DNA of 64,000 nt, taken from positions 20,416,001-20,480,000 of the forward strand of contig CP086569.2 of the NCBI GenBank assembly GCA_009914755.4. Reading direction: 5' to 3'. The position numbers were made by a program, and so were the translations under genes. The notes beneath the pieces are model-generated. The model was not told where the DNA came from. It did no database searches and saw only the letters and a list, made by a program, of their open reading frames with translations. The DNA is from the human T2T-CHM13v2.0 reference genome, Homo sapiens. This document shows positions 52,801 to 64,000 of the stretch, one piece after another. Within the stretch, counting starts at the first letter, position 1, and each line of letters begins with the position of its first letter.

Positions 52801-53894
52801 GACTCAAGAGCATCTCTCAACATAGGCAATTGTATCTCTGCTGTCCTTTCTCTTCAGCAGCTTTCCTCTATAGGTCTCAGTGGGAATCCATCCTTTCGGG
52901 TTTTGGGATTTCAGAAGTGAACATGGCATTGCACTGCAGAGATGGTGTGTGAGTCCAGCCTACCCGAAACCAATGCAAATTAGTAAGTATTTGGGAACTA
53001 AAGTTACTTTTGGAGACGTTAAGGGTGAAAGCCATCTCCTTCACTGACTACAAAGCAACTAGAGGCTCAGGAAAGCATTAGGTAATGCTCACAGGGTCAG
53101 CTCAGGAAGTGAAGAGCAAAGACTGCCATTGTGTTAACAAGAGGTTGAAAGTGTATTCTCAGAAGAAGAAATCTACTGTCATATCCATCCCCATCCATCT
53201 GCAGGCTCCAATACACAGCTCTTTCGTCTGTCCTCTGTAGTAAGATGAAATACCAAGCACAGAGCACAAATCCTGAACAATCGCCATCACCTATTTGGTG
53301 GACGCATAGGCCTGGTCTCTGATCTGGTCGCATGTCCAGAGGGTCTGCTAACCCACTGCACCTAGGGAGACAGGCATTGTACCACCTTTTCTCTACTCTT
53401 CCCAGACTCAACACATTTGATTGTATATGCGCATGAGGTAGAAATATAAGATGAAGCAGGGACAGAGTCAACAAGCCAGAACTAGATGCTTCTACCTGGA
53501 CAGAAGACCTAGAATTCTTTTTTGGATCCTAAATTCACCAGGAAATTTTAACCACATGCATTCAGAGATGCTGTGTAGGTGTGGCCAGTGTCAGCTGGCA
53601 GTGTACCCAGTGTACCACTGTGTCGCCCACCCTGTGGTCATTAGCAATTGGAATTCCTCAGTAATCTGGCTGGGAAACTGACCTTTGGAAGTCTTTCCCT
53701 TACTTCTCCTTCACCCAGCAAAGGGCTATGCAAATATCCTTTTACAAATTAAGGGCTGAATATCCAGCCCTAAGGTTTCTTCAGTTAGTAGATTAGTTTT
53801 ACTTTGGAAAGCTGGGCCCAAGTTATTTGGCTCAAAACATCCTCCCAATGCTGAGGACACAACAGTTGAGAAACAGTACAACTGTTAGTATCCA

Positions 53895-54300
53895 GATTGC
53901 AAAGGAAGATGTAATAGTATATACTCATGTGTCACTTAACAACAGAGATACATTCTGAGAATGGCATGCATAGGTGATTTAACAACAGAGATACATTCTA
54001 AGAATGGCATATGTAGGTGATTTTGTCATTGTGCAAATATCATAGACTGTACCCACAGAAACCTGGATAGTTTAGCTTACCACACACCTAGGCTATATGA
54101 TATAGCCTATTGCTCTCAGGCTACAAACCTGTGCAGCATGTTGCTAAACTAAATACTGTAGGCAATTAGGACACAATGGTAAACATTTGTTTACTTAAAC
54201 ACACTTACACATAAAAAGGTGCAGTAAAATTATTATAATATGATGAGGCCACCATTGTCTATGTAGTCCTGTTGTTGACTGAAGTGTTATGTGGAAGATG
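53895..54300 (+). repeat. Ancient interspersed repeat (family not named) with an internal ~38-bp tandem duplication at 53933-54010
   Basis: gtgtcacttaacaacagagatacattctgagaatggcatgcataggtgatttaacaacagagatacattctaagaatggcatatgtaggtgattttgtcattgtgcaaatatcatagactgtacccacagaaacctggatagtttagcttaccacacacctaggctatatgatatagcctattgctctcaggctacaaacctgtgcagcatgttgctaaactaaatactgtaggcaattaggacacaatggtaaacatttgtttac. Confidence 0.4.
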
Positions 54301-54379
54301 GCTGTATTTGCAAGATCTTGCATATAGCAAATACTAGGAAACACATACACCACCTATCTATCAAAGCTAATAAGTCAAT

Positions 54380-56160
<1,781 letters not shown>

Positions 56161-56244
56161 GTTGTCTTGTGGTTTCCAGGGAGACTGGTTTCCAGGAGCA
56201 CCCGTCCACAAGATACCAAAATACATAGTTGCTCATGTCCCTGA

Positions 56245-56455
56245 TATAAATGTGTAGCCTGGGTAACATGGTGAAAACCTGTGTCTACCAAAAAAAGGTA
56301 CAAAAATTAGCCTGCCATGATGGTGAGCTTGTAGTCCAAGCTACACGGTGAGGCAGAAGGATTGGTTGAGCGTCAGAAACAGAGGTGGCAATGAGCCAAG
56401 ACTGTATGTCACACTCAGGATAGGTGACAGGGTCAGACTCTGTCCTTCCAATCCC
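56245..56455 (+). mobile_element. Degenerate Alu fragment
   Basis: gcctgggtaacatggtgaaaacctgtgtctaccaaaaaaaggtacaaaaattagcctgccatgatggtgagcttgtagtccaagctacacggtgaggcagaaggattggttgag…gcaatgagccaagactgtatgtcacactc. Confidence 0.5.
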
Positions 56456-56804
56456 CTGACAAAAAGATGTAGTATTTGCACATAACCGATGCACCTCCTT
56501 CTGTATATTTTAAATCATTTATATATTACTTATAATATCTAATACAAAGTAACTGCTATGTAAATAGTTGCTATATTGCTTAGGGAATATGGACAAGACA
56601 AAAGTCTGTACACGTTTGGCGCAGATGCAACCATTCATTTATTTTTCCTGAATATTTTTGATCTGTGGTTGGTTGAATCTACAGATGTCTAGGGATTCAG
56701 AATCCACTAGTACAAAGGGCTAACTGTACTGATATTATACTACGACCTTGGAAGCAAAACCGTTATTATAAGCAAAAGAAGCTAGACGCAAAGTCCACTT
56801 ACGT

Positions 56805-56975
56805 CAGGATTACATATATATATACACACACACATACATACGTACACACACACATATATACACACATACATATATACACACACATATATACACATATATA
56901 CACACATATACGCACATATATACACACTTATATACACACATATATACACACATATATACATATATATGAAAAGTT
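56805..56975. repeat. Complex (TATACACA)n / (TATATACACACACA)n-type microsatellite
   Basis: atatatatacacacacacatacatacgtacacacacacatatatacacacatacatatatacacacacatatatacacatatatacacacatatacgcacatatatacacacttatatacacacatatatacacacatatatacatatatatg. Confidence 0.9.
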
Positions 56976-57541
56976 AGTAAATTGTGCATTTAAAAACAAG
57001 GCAATGCATGGTGTATGAATTATCCTGATCTCCCAAGTTTTGATGACTGGAACCGTAATTGCATCTAAAACAAATAGGTGATGTTTTTCAGGGAATTCCC
57101 CTTCGCCTCCATCATATCAAGGAAAATAAATGGATTAACAAACGTATAACTGTAAGTAAGAAACGGATAGCGGAGAAAGTGGAGTCCATTTAACCTGTAC
57201 TTGGTGCAAAATAGCTGCTGATAGTTGTTTCAAGCCCGCGTGGGTCAGCGGGGAACAGTACGTGGACCCCATTGCACTGGACAGGCTGGAGTCTGGGTCG
57301 GTGTCAGAGCTTAAAAACTGATAAGCTGAAAGCCAATGCACCTACCCTTTAACGTCATGTATTTTTTATCCCTACATCATTGATGGCTAGGAACAGCAGG
57401 TAACATCCTCATAAGATTAAGCAATAAGAAAATAGACTTTATGTGTACTCTCACTTGTCGTTAATTTCGTACATTCTCTAACAAAAGAATACGGTTGGAA
57501 TAAAAATCTAAACCTTTCCAGAACAGTAATGAGTACCTTAC

Positions 57542-57623
57542 CATACGGGAACACCGGCCTGGGAACTACAAATCCGGGTTGGCCACACCCAGAAGAAATA
57601 CTCTCTTTCCTAGAACGTTGCAT
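57542..57623 (-). other. Candidate minus-strand first-exon segment from the same CpG island. ATG at 57623-57621 and a splice donor ATG|GTAAGG at 57541 on the minus strand.
   Basis: Minus strand reads ggagcgtaATGcaacgttctaggaaag…ggccggtgttcccgtatg|gtaaggtactc. Track ORF 57417..57623(-) begins MQRSRKESISSGCGQPGFVVPRPVFPY. Confidence 0.2.
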
Positions 57624-58554
57624 TACGCTCCAATCCCGAGCAGGTCCAGAGAGCCGTAGCCGCTCAGCCTGCTGGGACTTGTAGTTCTTTTTTTAACAGG
57701 CATAGGTTCCCGAGGCCACTTTCGGCTCTGTCGGCCTGAGGCCGAGCCCAGGATTTAATGTTCCCCACCCTCCCGCACTCCCCAAGATAGGTTGGTAGTG
57801 TTAGGAAGAGTGGATGGCGGAGTCAACCTCCTCCGGTCACGTGTGGTACTTGGCATGCAGCGATTGGTCGCCAGAGTTATAGGGCCCCGCGTTAAGTCCA
57901 TGAGCTTCCGTGAGGGTACTCTGCCGGTTTTGCTGCGGAAGTCACCTCGTGGCGTAGGGGAGAGGTAACACCGAGAAGAGGCAGCGGCGGTGGCGCCAAG
58001 ACGATTGGTGCCAAACAGGGCAGAACGCAACTCAGCTCTGGGGTGGGTTCCTGTCCAGAGGGGTAGAGAAGAGTGGCTGAGGGCGCGCCCTGATCTCAGC
58101 GGGAAGAGTGCGACCCCGAGGGCGCGCTAGGTATGAAAGCCACGTGTGGCTGGCACCGCGGGGACCCACGCACCAGGTGTACCCTTTCCAGTCCCTGCCG
58201 TCGCCTTATTCCCGGTGCTGGTCACCACCGTCTAGGGCTTACTTGGGACACAGGCTAGTTCTCTCCTGAAGCTATTGAGCAGTATGTGTTGAGGTGCGCT
58301 ACGCCAGTTGAGGTGAAGCTGTTACACAGTATGAAAGCCGGGCTTTGTAGCTGCAGCTGCGCATTGCACCCCCAGCTACGCAGTCTCCTTTCCTTCTCAG
58401 TCACAGGACCGGATGGCAAGTGGCCGCAGCCAGTCGGTGAGACCGACTGAGCTCTGGGGCTTCAGTTCTTGACGCTACCTACATGGCTACATCTCCAGCC
58501 AAGGATGAGAGGTGATGCCAGAGGACCTCGATCTAAATTGGGCACCATTATCGT

Positions 58555-58665
58555 ATGACAACTTCTCTTGCAAAACATCTTCTCTTTTCTCTTCTTTTCT
58601 CTGTCTCTCTCTTTCTCTCTCTCTCTTCGTTTCTCTCTTCTTTCTTTCATTGCTCTTTCTCTGTC
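58555..58665 (+). repeat. (TC)n-rich polypyrimidine tract just downstream of the CpG island core
   Basis: cttctcttttctcttcttttctctgtctctctctttctctctctctcttcgtttctctcttctttctttcattgctctttctctgtcc. Confidence 0.8.
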
Positions 58666-58920
58666 CTGTGCACGCCAAAGCGGAAGCTGAAGTGCGGCGT
58701 CTTTGATCTCTCAATCCTGGAGACACAGGAACATTTTCCTTACTTTACTCAACTCGTTCCTTTGAATACCGCAAAATTAAGACGGCGTTTAAAACAATCG
58801 AAATCCCTTTTCTTCTGGGGTTTGGTGCCTAAAGATTAGAAAAGTTTGCGCAAGGAATTCGCTGCAGCATATAAAACTTTCAGGACCCTGAAATACAGAA
58901 CTGCAAAGAAACGGCCTAAG

Positions 58921-58992
58921 ATGGTTGAATCCTCTTTATTTTTCTTTAATTTAGACATGTTCAAACGTTCAATGTCTTACATACTTAGTTAT
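58921..58992 (+). other. Candidate 3' end of a first exon, with a short ATG-initiated frame ending at a consensus splice donor (GTAAGT at 58993-58998). Most likely 5'UTR or a uORF of an unidentified transcript.
   Basis: cctaagATGG (purine at -3, G at +4). A 24-codon frame, MVESSLFFFNLDMFKRSMSYILSY, ends exactly at |gtaagtaagg. The frame does not stay open through either downstream candidate exon. Confidence 0.25.
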
Positions 58993-59219
58993 GTAAGTAA
59001 GGTAGCGCTTACTTCATTATGCATTTCAATACTCAAAAAAAATTCCTTTGTGAAATGTTGAAATATTTTTCTAATCTGTTTCACGAGCTTCAAAAATGAG
59101 GAAAAAAGATTCAGTTTACATTTCAGCAAAATGCCTCTTTTTAATCGGATTTATGTTTACTTAACATTTACAGTACATTTACGCTTGAGCAAAGTTAGGT
59201 TTTGGATTTGCTTAGGGTC

Positions 59220-59247
59220 AGATTTTTTTTTTTTTTTTTTTTTTTGG
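59220..59247. repeat. Poly-T tract (~27 T)
   Basis: gatttttttttttttttttttttttttggtctg. Confidence 0.9.
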
Positions 59248-59944
59248 TCTGTGCATGAATATGTTACTGCTGAGTTATCTCTCTGTCTGTCTCTCCCTCC
59301 CTCTCTCCTTGTATTCTAACAGAAAGGTTTAGAACTTGCATAATTGGGAAAGAAGCTGTTGCCTGAACTTACTGGGGGATTCAGCATTGTCATTTTGGAC
59401 ATGTCACTTATCCTCAGTATTTGCTTCCCCCAGGAGAGAGCTGTAATAAAAAAGCATTGCAATTTAATACATAAGCTCAGTAAGTTCTTGTTTATGCTCC
59501 TTGTGATGAAACAAAAAGTCCTTCAATTAGAAACAAAGGTTTAATCAAATAGCATTTTTAATGACCATGTTACAACTAAAGTTAATGACCCTTTGAAGAG
59601 CAGAGCTCTAGTTAATAGCTAGTTGTGAATAATGAGAATTTACTTCTGTTTCTGTCTTACTTTTCTATACTTAACCTCATATTCCTTTCTTCTTTGCTCA
59701 TGTTTCTGGCCATCTTTTTACTTTGGGTTTCTTTCTTTCGTTATTCAACTAACTGAGATCGGATTGAAATACGTATCTAAATTTTTTTAAAATTTTTATT
59801 TTTAAAAATTGCTGAATATTTTGTATTTCCAAATTCACTTTTAGGTTACTTCCTTATCACCTTTATTTTTTTATTTCCTGTATGTCACTGACTGGGAAAT
59901 AAAAATTACTTAATTTTAACTGAACCTCTGCCCCTCTTTTCCAG

Positions 59945-60019
59945 GATGCAGAAATAATATTTGTGTTGTTTTAAAAATCTTAGATCAATTAAAAAGAAAA
60001 ATGACTCTGTCATTCTTTG
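59945..60019 (+). other. Candidate internal exon of 75 nt, flanked by a strong acceptor (ctgcccctcttttccag|G) and a strong donor (TTTG|gtaagtta)
   Basis: ccctcttttccagGATGCAGAAATAATATTTGTGTTGTTTTAAAAATCTTAGATCAATTAAAAAGAAAAATGACTCTGTCATTCTTTGgtaagttac. It contains ATG at 60001 (MTLSFF…). Coding status is unknown. Confidence 0.25.
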
Positions 60020-60689
60020 GTAAGTTACAATACTTAAGTCAGAAACTAGAGAAGATGGGCTTTTTTAGGTTTTGTTATTCTCGTGCTGATTTTCTGTCCC
60101 TTCAGTTTTGCCTGTTTTTGCTTAATATATTTTGGGCTTAAGTGCATATAAGTTAATATTTGTTAAATCTACTTGGTGGATTACCCTTTTATTAATGGAT
60201 AGCGTCCTTTGTCTCTTTAAAAATATTATGTCTTAAAGTTTATTTTGTGTAATATTAGCATAATTGTCTTAGTTTCTTTTGCTTATTATTTTGATGGAAT
60301 ATCTTTTTCTGTTCTTAACACTTACAATAAAGTGTATAATAGTTTGAATTGGTTTATTGTTTATGATAAAGTAGTTTGAATCTTAGATTCAGTAGTGTAT
60401 AGAAACTTTGCTCCTTTATAGTTTTGCACTCTGACTTCTGATTGTCACGTTACCTCATTATACAGTGTGTGTCGATATCATATTGTTTTATACATTTATT
60501 TTATAAAATTAGTTTTGTAAATTTTTCTTTTAAATCATATAGAAAAAACCTTACAATCCCCAAGTTTAATAATGCTAGCTTTTATATTTACCTACATAGT
60601 TATCTCTGCCATTGTTCTTTATTTTTCTTTATAGGTTTGAATTATTGTCTGGTGGCCTTTTATTTCTGACTACAGGGCCCTCTTTTGCA

Positions 60690-61260
60690 TTGTTTTTGTA
60701 GGTCAGATTTATTAGTAGTATGTTCTTTCAGCTTTTGTGTATCTGGGAATATTTCAGTTTCTCCTTTATTTTGAAGGATAGTCTTTGAGTTTTTCCTACT
60801 TAACAGATCCTGGAGCTTCTTGGATGTGTAAATTAATGATTTTCATCAAATGTGAAGTTGTTTTCGGCTATTCTGCAGATATCCTTTACCACCCCTTTGC
60901 TGCCTCTTCCTATTGTGGGTAATAGGCATGTCTCTGTATGTTGGAGAGAATCAAAGGTCTTTTAAGCCCTTGATTTTTATTTATCTTTTGTTTTTTGTTC
61001 CTCAGACTGTATAGTTTCAGTTGACTTAGCTTCCAGTTTGTTGATTCTTCTGCCTGCTCAAATCTGCTGTTGAGCCTGTCTAGTAAAATGTTCAGTTTGT
61101 TGTACTTTTCAGCTTCAGAATTTCATTTGATTGGTTATGTTATTATTTTGTTCACTTACTGTTTTCCTAATTTTCTTTAGCTCTTTGTTTGTGGTTTCCC
61201 ACCTAGCTCTTTGAATATATTTATGACAGTTGGTTTATAAAACCATTAGTAAGTCTAAAA
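60690..61260 (-). mobile_element. Probable ancient LINE-1 (L1M-type) fragment, antisense
   Basis: Blocks …gaaggatagtctttgagtttttcctacttaacagatcctggagcttcttggatgtgtaaattaatgattttcatcaaatgtgaag… and …ttcctcagactgtatagtttcagttgacttagcttccagtttgttgattcttctgcctgctcaaatctgctgttgagcctgtctagtaaaatgttcag… resemble conserved antisense L1 3'-region sequence seen in many mammalian L1 families. Confidence 0.4.
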
Positions 61261-62084
61261 CCTAGGCTTCCTCCAGAGTGTTTTCTTTTATTTTTTTTTA
61301 TTTCTGTTCATTGCCCATACTTTCCTGTTTTTTTTCCTTTTTTTTTTTTTTGCATGACTTACAATTTTTTTTGAAACCGAAGGCTTTGAATATTACCATA
61401 TGGTAACTGTCAAATTCAGATTTAGACATTAAAGAGATTATTCTAGTAGAGATAACACTGAATTCAGGAAGCTTAAGCACCTTAAAATCAAACAAATATT
61501 TTTCTTTCCTAGGGAAGGATAAGCAGGATTAGTAGAAACTTAAGGACAAATTGAACAAGCAAATGGGGAGAACAGAGAGCAGGAAATGTATCTCACATGG
61601 TAAACCAGTTCTTCAGATGAGCTATTAAAGTGAGTGTGTGCTCTTATTTTAGTGCATGACCAGTGGTAAGACAAAATTTGTGGTCTGTAGATGAAAGAAA
61701 AGACTGACTAATCTTAGGTCAAAAGAAGGCGTAGATACCCTTTGGCCTTGTCTTGAAGTGGTATTGGGGAATACCTGGTCATAACACTGGAAATCAGATT
61801 CTGTCTACTCACCAGAGTTTGTGGTTGCTGGTTGTTACGGGGTTTTTTTAAGTGAATTTTGGGGTTTGTTAAGTGGCCAAACTATTTTTGTGAAGACTGT
61901 TGTATGTGGGTTTCAGATGTCTCTACATCAGTTTGTGGTCAGCTAGTGAGTTAAATTTTATGAAAAGCCTGGAGAAACAAGAATAGCAGTAAAAACTTCC
62001 AGTCTTTGTAGATTGGGTGTCTTCAGTGCTTAGCTGGGCAATTTAAAACTTACCTTAAGTAGTACAGTTGGCCCTTTGTGTCTG

Positions 62085-62330
62085 TGAGTTTCACATTTGT
62101 AGGTTCAACCAACTGTGGATTGAAAATATTTGAAAAATTAAAAATAGATGGTTGCATTTGCACTGAACATGTAGACTTTTTTTTCTTGTAATTTCTCTTA
62201 AACCATACAGCATAACAACTCTTTACATAGCATGTACATTGTATTAGGTATTCTGAGTACTCTAAAGTATACGGGAGGATGTGTGTAGGTTATGTGCAAA
62301 TACTATAACATTATATGTAAGGGATTTGAA
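62085..62330 (+). repeat. Ancient interspersed repeat fragment (family not named)
   Basis: ttcacatttgtaggttcaaccaactgtggattgaaaatatttgaaaaattaaaaatag…agcatgtacattgtattaggtattctgagtactctaaagtatacgggaggatgtgtgtaggttatgtgcaaatactataacattatatgtaagggatttgaaaattctgggattttggtatttgcaggtggtgtggg matches a widespread mammalian repeat consensus. Confidence 0.35.
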
Positions 62331-64000
62331 AATTCTGGGATTTTGGTATTTGCAGGTGGTGTGGGATGGGGGTCTGCCTGGAACCAAGGAATGCCCCAAA
62401 GGAGGATGGTGCCTTGTTGTGTGCATCCTGATGGTCAGCCAGAGGAGAAAACCTAGGGTTTTCTACATGTGCATCCTGCTTTGGACATGCATGTATCCTT
62501 GTAGGTCCCATGGTATTTGTCAATCCTTTATAAAACCTTAACATTTTTGTGTATCTCTTTCCCAGCCTCTTATTTCCCCTTAAGGCTTTTTAGCCTACGT
62601 ACTACTTTTTTTCTCTGTTTACTCCTTACTTCTAGTGGCTGGGGCTTCAACAAATATCACCAGCAGGACACAACAGCCCTGAGAAGGTTCTGTGGCCTTC
62701 CCCTGGGGAACCACTAGACAAGTGAACCGCACCACCATAGCTCTTTAAGAGCAAGGTTTATATTCCCCACTCTGGCACCAGCAGTTCACACCAGGAATAC
62801 TAGCTGCTTTCCTAATGGTTACCGTCAAGGTACAGATTAGGGATGGTAGGCAGGTTAATTAAAATGCCACAGATCTCTTTCTGAAATGTAGTATCTTCTT
62901 TTTTTTAATCTAGTACTTCCCTGGTTATTGTAAGTTCTGATTAGATTCCAGAGTTTCAAAGTACTTTATTTGGACAATTTTTGGTTATATAAAGTAAGTT
63001 TTAACCTAATGTCCAAATTAAATCCCTTTGTCTCTTTTCTCTGTCTCTTCCCAGTTCTTTTTTCCTTGATCTTAATGTGATGTACAAAGTAACTTTTAGA
63101 TACTATAGTATCTGTGACAGCATTTAGACATATAAAGTATTATATAAATTTAATATGTTGTTCAAAGCAGTGCATGGGAACTATGTTAAAATTTTACCAG
63201 GTAGAATATTCAAAAGAAAAAAAGATGTTAGTTGACCTTAATATCCACTCAGACCCTGAGATTATGTTTTTATGATTCAGCCCATTTTCTAGTTGAATTT
63301 ATGTTGGTACTTAAAACTGTGAGTTTTATGAGTTGATGATTAGTTGATGGGACAGACTTATAAAATATCCAGTGTTGTCTCTCTGTTCCACCAAGATAAT
63401 TTTATTTATCTTCATTGCCTTGGATTTTTGTTTCAATGTAACAATTCCAAAGTGTCCTTCAATGATCCTCACTCTGGTACACTTCTCCCCCTTTAATATG
63501 TCATGATAATATTTGCTTGCTAAGATGATACATTTTGTGTTCTCACACAAGGCAGTATTGTTTGGTGGAGAACTGATTCTGGAAGTTGTGCTGTTGGTTT
63601 TGAAGAGAGTTTCTCTTTTAGGAATTGAAGTGTGAACCACATTAAAGGCAATAATGTATATGTGGTAGGTAGAATAATATGTCCCAACTCATCAAATGAT
63701 ATTTATGTCCTAATCTCTGATACCTGTGAATATGTTGTCCAGCTTGGCAATACTTGATTTGCAGATATCATAAAGTAGGATCTCGAGATTGGAAGATTAT
63801 CTTGGATTATGTAGTGAACGAGTGTAATCAGTCACAGGAGTTCATTTACGAGGAGGGCAGCAAGATCAGTCAGAAAAAGAGATGTCCTAGGAATATATAA
63901 GTTTTATTTTTTCTTAAAATATTTTAAAATAAAAATAAGATTAAAAGGAGAATTTATAGCCCCCACTGCCCCCGCCAAAAAAAGTAAGGAGATCTCAGAG

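Larger units (their letters stand above)
57150..59200. promoter_or_regulatory. CpG island with broad CpG-retaining shores. Candidate TATA-less, possibly bidirectional promoter. Core ~57700-58500 at ~60% GC.
   Basis: Dense CpG, for example ccggtcacgtgtggtacttggcatgcagcgattggtcgcc, ggcagcggcggtggcgccaagacgattggtgcc, gagggcgcgccctgatctcagcgggaagagtgcgaccccgagggcgcgctagg. CACGTG E-boxes at 57838-57843 and 58141-58146. Inverted CCAAT (ATTGG) at 57863-57867 and 58004-58008. CCAAT at ~57630. ACTACA-type motifs: ACTACAAATCCGGG at 57565-57578 on plus, and ACTACAAGTCCCAGCA on minus, as the reverse complement of ~57669-57687. AT-rich flanks still keep CpGs (ccgcaaaattaagacggcgtttaaaacaatcgaaatcc). Confidence 0.6.

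Noticed and set aside
58846-59061. 71-aa ORF containing MVESSLFFFNLDMFKRSMSYILSY, in good Kozak context, downstream of the CpG island
   Set aside because: The frame runs straight into a consensus GTAAGT donor and is not kept open in either downstream candidate exon. The composition is low-complexity (F/L/S-rich from AT-rich DNA). A uORF or non-coding 5' exon is more likely than a protein start.

Overview
This window is hominoid (human-type) nuclear DNA and is dominated by retrotransposons. It is not a prokaryotic or viral locus. I see no credible long ORF outside transposon remnants, and no rRNA, tRNA or CRISPR array. At least four LINE-1 copies are present: a young-looking L1PA 5'UTR on the minus strand at the left edge, a near full-length defective L1 at ~5.07-10.6 kb, and a large composite L1 block at ~16.7-29.5 kb. 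That block is interrupted by several Alus, an ERVL-MaLR (THE1/MST-like) element and a complete SVA element. About 20 Alu copies carry recognisable target-site duplications and poly-A tails. There are also ancient L1M fragments, two MaLR LTRs, several microsatellites and a ~170 bp polypyrimidine tract. The SVA lies on the plus strand inside an L1 ORF2 remnant. It has an intact 10-bp target-site duplication and an apparent ~138 bp 3' transduction that ends in a second poly-A. Against this methylated, CpG-depleted background, three segments keep their CpGs at ~31.2-33.1 kb, 40.55-41.47 kb and 57.15-59.2 kb. These are candidate germline-hypomethylated CpG islands. The third looks like a TATA-less, probably bidirectional promoter. 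It has two ACTACA-type ZNF143-like motifs, CCAAT boxes, two CACGTG E-boxes, a (TC)n tract, and downstream segments flanked by consensus splice sites. No protein-coding gene could be identified from sequence alone. All gene-level claims are inference.
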